64,000 nucleotides of DNA from Phycisphaerae bacterium (GTDB taxonomy: Bacteria > Planctomycetota > Phycisphaerae > WQYP01): assembly GCA_035545015.1 (NCBI GenBank), contig DASZZD010000059.1, positions 58,864-122,863 of the forward strand. Reading direction: 5' to 3'. Positions 18,343-27,729 of the stretch are shown in pieces. Made by a program: the position numbers and the translations under genes. Positions within the stretch are counted from its first letter, which is position 1. The number at the start of each line of letters is the position of its first letter. The notes below the pieces were generated by a model that searched no databases, was not told the DNA's origin, and saw only the letters and a program-made list of their open reading frames with translations.

Positions 18343-19634
18343 GTGGGTGGGGCGAGCATTTGTTCTGGGAAGAGGAGCGGTGGCGGGAGTTGCAGGCGCG
18401 TCGTGCGGCGGCGCACCTGCGGCAGGCGGCGAAGAGCGGGTTGTATGCGGGGCGCGGGTTGGAGGGCGTGGGGCAGATTGCGGCGCGGGAGTTGGAGAGC
18501 GTGTGGGGGCAGCTTCCGCTGACGAGCAAGGATGAACTTTCGGCGGCGGGGCGAAACGCGTGGGCCGTCAGAGCGGAAGATGTACGCGAATGGGTGTGCA
18601 CGTCGGGGACGACAGGGCGGCCGCTGGATGTGCCGATGACCGCGGGAGATTTGGAGCGATTGGCGGAGAACGAGGCGGCGGCGCTGTCGCTGGCGGGATT
18701 GCGTGCGGGGGATTTGTGCGTGCTGGCGGTGGGAATGGATCGGATGTTCGTGGCGGGGCTGGCGTATCACCGGGGAGCGCAGAAGATCGGGGCGGCGAGC
18801 GTGCGAGCGGGGGCGATCGTGGCGGCGCAGGGGGGGATGTTGCGGGAAATCGTGGGGCGGGTGGGAGGGCGTGGACAAAGAGTTTTTGTGATTGCGGTGC
18901 CTTCGTTTTTGACGGGGGTGGAGCGGCCAGATGGCGGGGTCGAAGCGGTGATTGCAATTGGGGAGCCGGTGCGGAATGAGGATGGCTCGGCGAATGTGTT
19001 GGCGCGGCGCGTGGGGGAACGTTTGGGATGCGCGGTGTTCTCGACGTATGCGTTGACGGAGACGTGCACGACGTTTGCGGAGGGGCCGGGATGCGTGGGC
19101 GGGCATGTGAATCCGGCGCTGGGGGTGGTGGAGATTGTGGATCCGGAGAGCGGGCGCGCGATGGAGGAGGGAGCGGTGGGGGAGGTGGTGGTGACGCCGC
19201 TGGGAGTGGAGGGGATGCCGCTGGTGCGGTTTCGGACGGGGGACATGGCGTGGCTGCGCGGGGGTCGGTGCGCGTGCGGGCGCACGACGCCGCGCGTGGG
19301 GCCGATCGTGGGGCGCCGGCAGCAATTGCTCAAGATACGGGGGACATCGGTGTATCCGGCGGCGATTCTGGAGGCGGTGCGCGGGACGGCGGGCGTGGCG
19401 GATTGCTGCATCATCGCGGAGAGCGAGCATGCGCTGAGCGACCGGGTGACGGTGGCGGTGGCCGTCGTTGAGGGGAAGGGAGAGGGCGTGCGCGGGGAAT
19501 TAAGCGGGCGCTTGCGGGCGCTGTTGCGGGTGGCGCCGGAGGTGCGGGTGGTCGGCGCGGGCGAGTTGCAGGAGCTGCAGCTTGCAGGAGGGCGGAAGGT
19601 GCAGCGGTTTGTGGATCGGCGGCACGGAATGTGA
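18339..19634 (+). CDS. Adenylate-forming enzyme of the phenylacetate-CoA ligase / CoF390 synthetase (PaaK) family; possible acyl-ACP/CoA synthetase
   Basis: AMP-binding motif TSGTTGRP, LLKIRGTSVYPAAILEAV typical of the PaaK family C-terminus. Confidence 0.8.
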   Translation: MSGWGEHLFWEEERWRELQARRAAAHLRQAAKSGLYAGRGLEGVGQIAARELESVWGQLPLTSKDELSAAGRNAWAVRAEDVREWVCTSGTTGRPLDVPMTAGDLERLAENEAAALSLAGLRAGDLCVLAVGMDRMFVAGLAYHRGAQKIGAASVRAGAIVAAQGGMLREIVGRVGGRGQRVFVIAVPSFLTGVERPDGGVEAVIAIGEPVRNEDGSANVLARRVGERLGCAVFSTYALTETCTTFAEGPGCVGGHVNPALGVVEIVDPESGRAMEEGAVGEVVVTPLGVEGMPLVRFRTGDMAWLRGGRCACGRTTPRVGPIVGRRQQLLKIRGTSVYPAAILEAVRGTAGVADCCIIAESEHALSDRVTVAVAVVEGKGEGVRGELSGRLRALLRVAPEVRVVGAGELQELQLAGGRKVQRFVDRRHGM

Positions 19635-19705
19635 AAAATCTTGTGAGGTCTGATGGGTGGGATTAAAGTGGAGCGCGGAGGGACATTCTCGGGCGGAGGA
19701 TTTCC

Positions 19706-20626
19706 ATGCAGAGCAATTGGCGTCGGGAACGGGCGAATCTGGCACTGATTATCACGTGCGGGGCGGTGGGCCTGGCGGTGGCGGTGCCGGCGATCGGGCA
19801 GGCGCGCGGCAACGCGCAGCGGACAGCGTGCGCGTCCAATTTGCATCAGTTGGGCATCGCGCTCAATACGTATGCGGCGGAGTTTGATTCATGGATGCCG
19901 CTGACGGGGACAAACTCGGCGACGCGCTACAACGTGCGGATGGCGGGAGACAAGGCGCCCAAGGGCGAGGCGCTGACGGACAACGATCCGTCGGCGGCGT
20001 TGTGGCTGGTAGTCGCCGACGGGATTGTCCGGCGGACGACGGTGTTTTTGTGTCCGGCGGATCCGTTTGCGGGACCGAATGGCGGCGGGCAGGCGGCGGC
20101 GCTGAAGGATGACAGCGGCAAGGCATACGAGACGTTTCAATCCGGCAAACAGTTGAGTTATTCGTCGCGCTATCCATGGACGGAGACGGACAAGGCGGCC
20201 AAGGCGGGTCCGTGGATGAGGCTGGTCACCATTCCGAGAGATGAGCCGGTGATGACGGACATGGCGCCTTACCTGAGTGCGAAGGCGCAGGCGGGGGAAG
20301 CGGTGACCGGACCGGCGGCGGCCAGTGCGCCGGCCGGGGGCAACGGCGGGCTGGTGCTGGGCGGCGGCTTGGACGCCGGACCCATGGTGAATTCGCCGAA
20401 CCACAACCAGGAAGGGCAGAACTTGTTGTTCGGAGATGCCCATGTCGAGTGGTCGGACGCGCCGCACTGGCAGGGGACGGGCGATCATTTGTGGACCGAA
20501 GTGGTGGATGACAAGCAGGTGGCGATCGATGCGGGGGAACTGCCGGCGGTGATTCCCGGCGGGGCGAAGGGGCCGTATGACATTGTGATGGTGCCCACAC
20601 GCTCGGCCAAGGGGGAATTGAAGTAA
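19706..20626 (+). CDS. DUF1559 / H-X9-DG-type prepilin-like protein
   Basis: N-terminal hydrophobic pseudopilin-like helix plus QRTACASNLHQLGIALNTY, and C-terminal HNQEGQNLLFGDAHVEW (H-X9-DG-like); family typical of Planctomycetota/Verrucomicrobiota. Confidence 0.7.
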   Translation: MQSNWRRERANLALIITCGAVGLAVAVPAIGQARGNAQRTACASNLHQLGIALNTYAAEFDSWMPLTGTNSATRYNVRMAGDKAPKGEALTDNDPSAALWLVVADGIVRRTTVFLCPADPFAGPNGGGQAAALKDDSGKAYETFQSGKQLSYSSRYPWTETDKAAKAGPWMRLVTIPRDEPVMTDMAPYLSAKAQAGEAVTGPAAASAPAGGNGGLVLGGGLDAGPMVNSPNHNQEGQNLLFGDAHVEWSDAPHWQGTGDHLWTEVVDDKQVAIDAGELPAVIPGGAKGPYDIVMVPTRSAKGELK

Positions 20627-20638
20627 CGGCGCGGGAGT

Positions 20639-21229
20639 TCAGGGAGCCGCGGGTTGAGTGGCGGGGCGGGCTTGGGCGAGTGCGTTGTAGCGTTGGACGG
20701 CGTCGTTGCGCTGGGAGATGAGGGACTGGATCGAGGCGGCGGCCTGTTTGAGCTCATCGACGGCTTTGTTGTATTGGGTGGCGAGATCGTTGTAACGGGA
20801 GACGGCGGCGTTGCGGTCGGCGGCGAGGGCTTCGACGCGCGCGGCGGAAGCTTTGAGGGCGGCATCCCGGGCATTGACGGCGGCGCTCCATTGGGTGAGG
20901 GCTTTTTTCTGTGCGTCGACCGTGGCCTGGAGGTCCTTGCGCTGGCTGGTGAGCCTGGCGACATCCTGGCGCGCGGTGTCAAGGTCTTTTTGGGTGGATT
21001 GGAGGGCGTCGTCGGTGCGGTTGATGCGGCTGCGGAATTCATCGAGATCGTCGTGGAGAGCGGCGATGGTTTTGGTCTGATCGTCGAGTTTGGCGGTGAG
21101 CGTTTGTTGGGCGGCTTGAGCGCCGAGGAGTTCGAGGTGGAGGGTGCGCGAGGCGGACCACTGGATGGCGCAGAGGCTGGCAAGAGTGAGCACGCCGAGG
21201 AAATTGATGCAGGTGAGAACGGTTTTCAT
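20639..21229 (-). CDS. Coiled-coil protein with N-terminal signal anchor (ExbBD-TonB operon accessory)
   Basis: MKTVLTCINFLGVLTLASLCA anchor, then Q/A/L-rich heptad coiled coil; 4-nt overlap with the exbD stop. Confidence 0.55.
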   Translation of the reverse strand: MKTVLTCINFLGVLTLASLCAIQWSASRTLHLELLGAQAAQQTLTAKLDDQTKTIAALHDDLDEFRSRINRTDDALQSTQKDLDTARQDVARLTSQRKDLQATVDAQKKALTQWSAAVNARDAALKASAARVEALAADRNAAVSRYNDLATQYNKAVDELKQAAASIQSLISQRNDAVQRYNALAQARPATQPAAP

Positions 21230-21672
21230 GGGGTGGGTGCTCCTGCGGCGACGGGTGTGTTGCCGATTTCGAAGGCGACTTTGTCGATGCCGGCGAGACG
21301 CGCCGCATCGAGCGCGCGGATGACGTCGCCGTGATGGGCGTCCTTGTCGGCGCTGATGAAGACGCGAAGGGCGGGGTTGGCCTGCCGGGCGGATTGGAGG
21401 GTGGCGGTGAGCTCATTGGTGGCGACGGGTTTCTTGTCCAGGAACAGACCGCCGGTTTTGTCGACAGAGATGTCGGCGTAATCCTTTTTGACATCGGTGG
21501 CGGCGGAAACGGCGGTGGGGAGGTTCACCGGGACGCTTTTGAGGTTGACCATGGAGAGGCTCACGAGCATGAAGGAGGCAAGGAGGAAGAACATGATGTC
21601 GATGAGGGGGATGATTTCGATGCGCGCTTCGGCGTTGTCCTGATGGAGGGTGGAGGAGAGTTTGAGGGGCAT
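21226..21672 (-). CDS. exbD: Biopolymer transport protein ExbD/TolR
   Basis: IEIIPLIDIMFFLLASFMLVS TM helix and periplasmic domain with ALRVFISADKDAHHGDVIRALDAARLAG. Confidence 0.85.
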   Translation of the reverse strand: MPLKLSSTLHQDNAEARIEIIPLIDIMFFLLASFMLVSLSMVNLKSVPVNLPTAVSAATDVKKDYADISVDKTGGLFLDKKPVATNELTATLQSARQANPALRVFISADKDAHHGDVIRALDAARLAGIDKVAFEIGNTPVAAGAPTP

Positions 21673-21690
21673 GGGAGGCCTTTCGATTGG

Positions 21691-22365
21691 TCAGTGGTCA
21701 GCGGTCAGGGAGGGGGTGAAGGATTCGAGGTCGTGGCCGTGGTGTTTGGCGGAGTGGGCGAGGAGTTCAGCGTGGTTGATGGTGCGTTCGAGGCGTGAGC
21801 GAAGGTGGGCGATGCGGCGGTTGAAGAAGTTGTAGGGCAGGAGGCAGAGGATGGCGATGGAGAGGCCGCAGGCGGTGGCGATGAGAGCTTCGGCGATGCC
21901 GCCGGAGACTTTGGAGGCGGCGAGTTGCTGGTCGCCGACGAAGCTGAAGGATCGCATGATGCCGGTGACGGTTCCCAGGAGGCCCAGGAGCGGGGAAAGG
22001 GTGATGAGGGTTCCAAGGATCCATTGGAGCCGCTCGGCGTGGGTGAGTTCATCGGAGGCTTTGAGCTGCATGGCGCCCAGGAAGGAGGAGCGGGCGTGGA
22101 GGAGGCCGGCATGGAGGGTGGAGAGGAAGGGATCGGCGGGGTTGTTGGACAGGCGGAGTGCGTCGGTGAAGCGGCCATCGGCGAGGGCGTCGAAAGTTTG
22201 GTCGAGAGTGTCGGCGTGCGTGCGCCGGCGGAGGTTGGCCCACCAGAGGGAGCGTTCGAGGATGACAGTGAGGGCGGCGAGGAGCGCCAGCAGGATGGGC
22301 CACATGATGGGGCCGCCCTTGATAAAGTAATCGACGAGGAGGTTTGCGAGCGGGGGGATGTGCAT
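21691..22365 (-). CDS. exbB: MotA/TolQ/ExbB proton-channel protein
   Basis: Three-TM ExbB pattern with [14 protein letters not shown] and [17 protein letters not shown]. Confidence 0.85.
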   Translation of the reverse strand: MHIPPLANLLVDYFIKGGPIMWPILLALLAALTVILERSLWWANLRRRTHADTLDQTFDALADGRFTDALRLSNNPADPFLSTLHAGLLHARSSFLGAMQLKASDELTHAERLQWILGTLITLSPLLGLLGTVTGIMRSFSFVGDQQLAASKVSGGIAEALIATACGLSIAILCLLPYNFFNRRIAHLRSRLERTINHAELLAHSAKHHGHDLESFTPSLTADH

Positions 22366-22388
22366 GGGACGTCCTTATGTGTTTGGAG

Positions 22389-23126
22389 TTAATGAGCGAG
22401 TTGGAACTCGATAGGGACTTCGTAAAGGCGGGGCTTTCCGGGGGGAAAATGCCAGGTATGGAGGACGGCGTCGCGCGCGGCCTGGTTGAGGAGTGGCCAT
22501 GGGGAGGGAGCAATGATGTCGATGTGGGTGACTTTGCCGGCGGGATTGACGGAAAACCGGAGGCGCACGGTGCCTTGCTGGTGTTCCAAGATGGCTTGGC
22601 GTGGATAGTCGGGGAGGGGCTGGTTGCCTTCACCTTGGCCGAGAGTGAGCTGCGCGACCTGCGGCGGCGGGGGCGGCGCAGGCGGAGGGGGGCCTGGGGC
22701 ACCGGCATGACCGTCGCCGGCGGCGCCTGAGGGGGGCATCGCGCCGGAGGCTTGTTCAGGGCTCACGAGGCGTGTAAGGCCGGCGATGGGGACGGCGAAG
22801 GAGAGCGCGGGATCCGGGGCGGCGACGGGGATCATGGCGGGGGCGGCGGGCAGGGCGGGAGGCTGGGGCGCGGCGGGGGCAGGGAGAGGGGTGGCGACGG
22901 GCGCAGGCTGGGGCGTGGGCGAGGGCGGCGGCGCCGGTTGAGGTTGCGGTGCCAGCGTAGCCTTGATCATCCGGGCCTGGACGGGCAGTGGCGGGGGCGG
23001 CTGAGACGTTGGGCGCGGGTAATGCAGGAGGAGGCCAAGCGTTCCCACGGCGGCGGCGAACAGCCAGAGCACGAGGGTAAAGAGCCCTGTGAGCGGGAGG
23101 GCATTGGTGTTGTTTTCAGAAGGCAT
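22389..23126 (-). CDS. tonB: TonB energy transducer
   Basis: Start MPSENNTNAL at 23126; N-terminal TM, Pro-rich spacer (PQPQPAPPPSPTPQPAPV), C-terminal TonB domain (GTVRLRFSVNPAGKVTHIDII...ARDAVLHTWHFPPG); the upstream part of ORF 22389..24020 is shadow. Confidence 0.8.
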   Translation of the reverse strand: MPSENNTNALPLTGLFTLVLWLFAAAVGTLGLLLHYPRPTSQPPPPLPVQARMIKATLAPQPQPAPPPSPTPQPAPVATPLPAPAAPQPPALPAAPAMIPVAAPDPALSFAVPIAGLTRLVSPEQASGAMPPSGAAGDGHAGAPGPPPPAPPPPPQVAQLTLGQGEGNQPLPDYPRQAILEHQQGTVRLRFSVNPAGKVTHIDIIAPSPWPLLNQAARDAVLHTWHFPPGKPRLYEVPIEFQLAH

Positions 23127-25410
23127 AGGAGAGCCCCAGGAAAAAGCCGCGGCGTTCGCCGTATTGGGCGGCAGAGACGCCAAGGCCGGAGCCATCGCGA
23201 AGCTGGTAACGTTCATCGAAGAGGTTGACGATATCGAAGCGGAGCTTGATGGTGTTGCGTCCCCAACTGTCGGCGTGGAAGGTGTGCTCGTAGCCGACGT
23301 TGACGGGATAGTAAGCGGGTTGCTGGCCGGTGTTGGCGAAGCCGGAGCGAAGACCGGAGGCGATGAGGATGTCGGCGTAGACGCGGTCGTCTTTCCAGGT
23401 ATAGGCGGCGCCGGCGGAGACGGTGAATTCGGATTCGTGGTCAAGCTTGATGTTGTGGTTCTGGATATAGGCGAGTTCGTCGTTGTCGAATTCAAACTGC
23501 TGGCTGACGATGTTGCTGGCGCTGGTGACGACCCAGCCGAAATTGCCGAAGAGGGAGAGGCCGCCGTCGGTATAGGTGGAACTGACTTCGGCGCCGTAGA
23601 CCTGTCCCTGGGCATAGTTATAGGGAGAGAGGATGACGGCGCTGCCGAACTGGCCGAGGTCGACGAGGTTACGGGCGTGTTTGTAGAAGGCGTCAAAGCC
23701 GACCTGCCAGGGCTTTGTGATCTGGCGGGTAATGCCGGCGTCGAAATAGTGGGAACGTTCAACGCGCGGGGGTCCGTCGAGGAAGTTGGCGGGGGCGTTG
23801 GTGGTGTTGGCGAAGAGATTGAGGGTGGAGGCGTGGACATCCTGCACGGGGGGCGGAACGAAGTAGCGGGCATAACCGGCGTGGAGAGTCGTTTTGTCGT
23901 CGAGCTTGAAGACGGCGTTGATGCGCGGGCTGATCTGGCCTTCGTGGTCGAAGTTGGCGTCGAAGCGGTCGAGGCGCAGGCCATAGTTGAGTGTGAGCTT
24001 GGGGGTGAGCTTCCATTCATCCTGGATGTAGGCGCCGGCTTCCATGGCGCGGTTGGCCGAGTCGTCGCCGATGGTCAGGGGACTGTCGGATATCTGGTTT
24101 CCATCGGGATCGGTAGGGAAGACGGCGGTCTGGGTATCGAGGTTCTCGGTGGTGTCGTCGAGGAGGAAGCCGCCGCGGAGGGTGTGCTGGTCGTTGAGGA
24201 TCAGCGAGCTGTCGAACTGGAGACCGTTGGTGACGAAGTTGTTGTAGACCTGCCCGGCGACGCCCTGGAAGATCAGGTCGTTCTGGAAATCCGGGACGAA
24301 ATCCAGGAGGCCGTAGCGGCTGAAGGCGGAGGCCTGGAAGGAGAAGTTGTCGAGGGTCTTCTGGAAAGAGAGGACGGTGTAGTATTCCTGCTCGTTCTGG
24401 TTTTCGTTGACGAAGCGAGAATCCGCTGCAGCGCCGTTGGCGGGTTGTCCGGCGAGGGAGAAGGCTGGGGCGAGACCGGGGGTATTAGGGAGCTGGAAGT
24501 TGGAATAGGAGGAGTTGACGAGGAGGCTGACGCGGGTTTCGCTGTCAATGCGGTAGTTGAGGTAAGAGAAGAATTTTTCCTGGTCGGTGTAATCGTGGAG
24601 GGCGTGGTGGGAGGCCGTGGGATTTTCGATGCCCAGGTCATCATGGGTATAGGAGCCGGAGAAGAAGTAGTCGAAGTTTTTGACAGAGCCGCCGGTTTCG
24701 AAGGAGGTGATAAGCTGGTCGAAGGAGCCGCCATAGATGGAGAATTCGGAGCCTTGGAGTGTTTGGCCGGACTTGGTTTGGACGTCGATGATGCCCGCGG
24801 TTCGGAAGCCGAATTGGGCGGGGAGGGTGCCGTCGATGAGGGAGGCGGAGCTGATGAGGTGGGTATCGAGTTCCTGGCCGAAGCCATTGAGAGGCTCGGG
24901 CAGGAGGACGCCGTTGACGCGGTAGGTGAGATTGCCGTGCTCGCCACGGACATGAACTTGCCCCAGAGAATCCTCAACGACGCCCGGAGCGCGGAGGAGG
25001 ACCTGCTGGAAGGAAGCATTTTGGCCGCCGGGGGTGTTTTGGATTTGATTCTGGCCAAGGGTGTAGGTTTCGGCGCCGAGGCTGGGAGCGATTTGTGAGC
25101 GGACGAGATCGAGGTCCGAGGAAACGACGACTTTGTTCAAGGAGGTGGCGGAGGCCGCAGGCTGCTTGGCGGGGGCCGTGACGGCTATGGGCTGGGGGGT
25201 GACGGCCATGACGCCAGAAGGCTGAGTGGTTGGCGGAGCTTGGGTAAGGGGCGCTGGGACGGTGGTGGGTGCGGGCGAGGGCGTGAGGACCGGAGCAGGA
25301 GTGATTTGAGGGAGAGAAGGAAGAGGCGCCAAGGGTTCGGTGGTTTGTGCCCAGGCGGGGCAGGAAGCAGCGATGGCGGCCATCGCCAGCAGAGGACGGA
25401 CAGGGATCAT
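23116..25410 (-). CDS. TonB-dependent outer-membrane receptor
   Basis: Signal peptide from Met 25410 (MIPVRPLLAMAAIAASCPAWAQ), plug region, C-terminal beta-barrel ending GFFLGLSYAF; overlaps the tonB start by 11 nt. Confidence 0.85.
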   Translation of the reverse strand: MIPVRPLLAMAAIAASCPAWAQTTEPLAPLPSLPQITPAPVLTPSPAPTTVPAPLTQAPPTTQPSGVMAVTPQPIAVTAPAKQPAASATSLNKVVVSSDLDLVRSQIAPSLGAETYTLGQNQIQNTPGGQNASFQQVLLRAPGVVEDSLGQVHVRGEHGNLTYRVNGVLLPEPLNGFGQELDTHLISSASLIDGTLPAQFGFRTAGIIDVQTKSGQTLQGSEFSIYGGSFDQLITSFETGGSVKNFDYFFSGSYTHDDLGIENPTASHHALHDYTDQEKFFSYLNYRIDSETRVSLLVNSSYSNFQLPNTPGLAPAFSLAGQPANGAAADSRFVNENQNEQEYYTVLSFQKTLDNFSFQASAFSRYGLLDFVPDFQNDLIFQGVAGQVYNNFVTNGLQFDSSLILNDQHTLRGGFLLDDTTENLDTQTAVFPTDPDGNQISDSPLTIGDDSANRAMEAGAYIQDEWKLTPKLTLNYGLRLDRFDANFDHEGQISPRINAVFKLDDKTTLHAGYARYFVPPPVQDVHASTLNLFANTTNAPANFLDGPPRVERSHYFDAGITRQITKPWQVGFDAFYKHARNLVDLGQFGSAVILSPYNYAQGQVYGAEVSSTYTDGGLSLFGNFGWVVTSASNIVSQQFEFDNDELAYIQNHNIKLDHESEFTVSAGAAYTWKDDRVYADILIASGLRSGFANTGQQPAYYPVNVGYEHTFHADSWGRNTIKLRFDIVNLFDERYQLRDGSGLGVSAAQYGERRGFFLGLSYAF

Positions 25411-25548
25411 AGGAAATCTCCAGTGGCGGCTGCGCGCGTCCGTGGGCACAGGGTCGCGATGACCCGCGCGCAGCGGTACGTGCGAAGGCGCTCGCATTTT
25501 TTGGAAAATGGCAGGAAAACGATCAGGCGCCGCCGAAGGCGGCACAGC

Positions 25549-25896
25549 TCAAGCCGATGCGTTCACATCGATGAGCGCCGGCGGGCCCCGGCACAAAATG
25601 ATCGTGATGAGAGGGGAGGGGTGCTGGCTGACGGATTGCATGGAAACGAAGGGAAGCCAGTCGCCGGCGATCATGATGTGAAGGGCGCCGGATTGAGAGA
25701 AGAGCGGTGCATGAAAGGCAGCGCAGACGGGGCAATTTTGCTCGGAGTGGTGATGCAGGGGCGGGAGGTAGTGAGGAGAACCTGCAGCTTGGATGGCATC
25801 TTCATGAGCGTGGTCGAGCTCGTGGTAGTATTGCGGCACGCCGGAAGCAAGTGCGGCAATCACGCCGAAGAGCAGTATGGCCACGAATTTCCACAT
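25549..25896 (-). CDS. Small secreted His/Cys-rich protein (DUF2946-like, putative metal-binding partner of the receptor)
   Basis: Signal peptide MWKFVAILLFGVIAALASG; HELDHAHED...LHHHSEQNCPVCAAFH motifs; directly upstream of the receptor gene. Confidence 0.45.
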   Translation of the reverse strand: MWKFVAILLFGVIAALASGVPQYYHELDHAHEDAIQAAGSPHYLPPLHHHSEQNCPVCAAFHAPLFSQSGALHIMIAGDWLPFVSMQSVSQHPSPLITIILCRGPPALIDVNASA

Positions 25897-26019
25897 GCAA
25901 GTCATTGTCATGTAGTGGTGGGTCGATGTCAATCCTGACGGGCAGTGTTTGGCAAAAATTTTCCGGCCCTGCGTTTGCGTGTCTGAACGCTTTGCAGTTC
26001 CTTTTCAGGAGAACCGATC

Positions 26020-26601
26020 ATGGCTCAACAGGATAAGTTGAAGAACAAGCGGGTCGCCATTCTGGCGACCGATGGGGTGGAGCAGGCGGAGTTGCTCGAA
26101 CCGAAGAAGGCTCTGGAGGAGGCAGGTGCGCGGGCGGAGGTGATTTCCGTGAAAGCCGGGAAGATCCGCGGGTGGGACATGAAGGACTGGGGGCAGGATA
26201 TCCCCGTGGACAAGACGCTGGATTCGGTGCGGGCGGAGGATTACGACGCGTTGGTGCTGCCGGGCGGGGCGATGAATCCGGACAAACTGCGGCGTCTGCC
26301 GGCGGTTCACAAGTTTGTATTGGCGTTCTTCGATGCGGGCAAACCGGTCGGCGCGATTTGTCACGGCCCATGGATTTTGATCGACACGGGCGTGGCGCGC
26401 GGCCGGAAACTGACCAGCTATGAGTCGATCCAGAGCGATTTGAAAAATGCGGGGGCGTTCTGGGTGGATGAGGAGGTCGTCGTGGATCAGGGACTGGTGA
26501 CGAGCCGGAAGCCTGCGGATCTGCCGGCGTTCAACAGAAAGCTGATCGAGGAGATCGGCGAAGGCATCCACGCCGGGCAGCGAGAGAAGGTGCATGGGTG
26601 A
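26020..26601 (+). CDS. DJ-1/PfpI family protein (type-1 glutamine amidotransferase-like)
   Basis: RVAILATDGVEQAEL...DALVLPGG...AICHGPW nucleophile-elbow Cys. Confidence 0.85.
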   Translation: MAQQDKLKNKRVAILATDGVEQAELLEPKKALEEAGARAEVISVKAGKIRGWDMKDWGQDIPVDKTLDSVRAEDYDALVLPGGAMNPDKLRRLPAVHKFVLAFFDAGKPVGAICHGPWILIDTGVARGRKLTSYESIQSDLKNAGAFWVDEEVVVDQGLVTSRKPADLPAFNRKLIEEIGEGIHAGQREKVHG

Positions 26602-26622
26602 GAGCGCGAGCGTATGGAAACG

Positions 26623-26656
26623 AAAAAGGCCGCTCCGATGGGGCGGCCTTTTTGTT
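26623..26656. terminator. Bidirectional rho-independent terminator between convergent genes
   Basis: AAAAAGGCCGC-tccgatgg-GGCGGCCTTTTTGTT: 10-bp GC stem flanked by A-run and T-run, between the DJ-1 stop (26601) and the SDR stop (26676). Confidence 0.6.
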
Positions 26657-26675
26657 GACGTGAGGGAGGCGGGCG

Positions 26676-27692
26676 TCAGTGGCCGTTGCGGCGGGATTGG
26701 GCGAGGGCGAATGTCGTCACGGCCGCGGTGGCGGCGCCCAGGGCGATCCAGTTGCGGTTTTTGTTGGCCCACACCTGGAGCGAGCGGGGTTTCGATTGCG
26801 AATCAAAGGGGCCGTGGGATCCTCGGTCGCCGTGGACGGGCTTCCAGAAGTTGTTGGGTTTGTCGTGGTCGGCGAGCTCGGGACGCTGCGAGCCGTCCCA
26901 GGCCGCATTGGCGAGGTAATGATCCAGGGCGGACGAAGCCAGTTTCTGGACCTGTGTGGATTCGATAGTTGGCCAGCCGACGAGAAATTCCTTGCGTTTG
27001 TGGTGAGCGGCGAAGTAGATAGCGTCGGCGGCGACTTCGGGCTGGTAGATGGTGCCGACGGGTTTGCTCTCGTGGGGCATTTTATTGAGGGTCCATTCGA
27101 ATTGCGTGGTGTTCACGCCGGGCAGGTGGACGAGGGTGATGTGGACGTTGGACTTCATGTGGAAGAGTTCGGTGCGGATGGATTCGGAGAATCCGACGAT
27201 GGCGTGTTTGGCTCCGCAGTAGGCGGATTGCAGGGGGATGGAGCGCTTGGCGAGCGCGGAGCCGATTTGCACGATGGTGCCCTTGTCGCGCGGAAGCATG
27301 TTGCGCAGCGCCGCCATGGTGCCGTAGACCTGGCCGAGGTACGTGACTTCGGTGATGTGTGCGAATTCCTGGGGAGAGAGCGCCACGAAGGGGGCGTAGG
27401 CGGAGACCATGGCGTTGTTGATCCAGACGTCGATGGGGCCGAATTCCTTGACGACGCGATCGGCGGCGGCGAAGACCTGGTCGGATTTGCTGACGTCGGT
27501 GGGAATGACCAGGGCTTTGGCGCCGTGATGCTCCACCTCGCGCTTGGCGGCGAAAAGCGCATCGACGTTGCGCGCGAGCAGCGCGAGCCGGGCGCGCTCC
27601 CCGAGACGCTGGGCGAATTGCCGGGCGGTTGCGCGGCCAACGCCGCCGGAGGCGCCCGTGATGACGACGGTTTCAACGGTATCTGCGGACAT
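26676..27692 (-). CDS. Short-chain dehydrogenase/reductase (SDR) with C-terminal membrane anchor
   Basis: VVITGASGGVGRA Rossmann motif, NNAM, catalytic YCGAKHA; C-terminal hydrophobic helix WIALGAATAAVTTFALA. Confidence 0.85.
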   Translation of the reverse strand: MSADTVETVVITGASGGVGRATARQFAQRLGERARLALLARNVDALFAAKREVEHHGAKALVIPTDVSKSDQVFAAADRVVKEFGPIDVWINNAMVSAYAPFVALSPQEFAHITEVTYLGQVYGTMAALRNMLPRDKGTIVQIGSALAKRSIPLQSAYCGAKHAIVGFSESIRTELFHMKSNVHITLVHLPGVNTTQFEWTLNKMPHESKPVGTIYQPEVAADAIYFAAHHKRKEFLVGWPTIESTQVQKLASSALDHYLANAAWDGSQRPELADHDKPNNFWKPVHGDRGSHGPFDSQSKPRSLQVWANKNRNWIALGAATAAVTTFALAQSRRNGH

Positions 27693-27729
27693 GGAACAGG
27701 CCTTCGAAAGACAAAAGGAACCGGATGCG

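Noticed and set aside
22389-24020. Upstream 300 aa of the 543-aa ORF containing tonB
   Set aside because: Only the last 245 aa (from MPSENNTNAL) form TonB; the upstream part is an S/T/P-rich out-of-frame read over the TBDR gene
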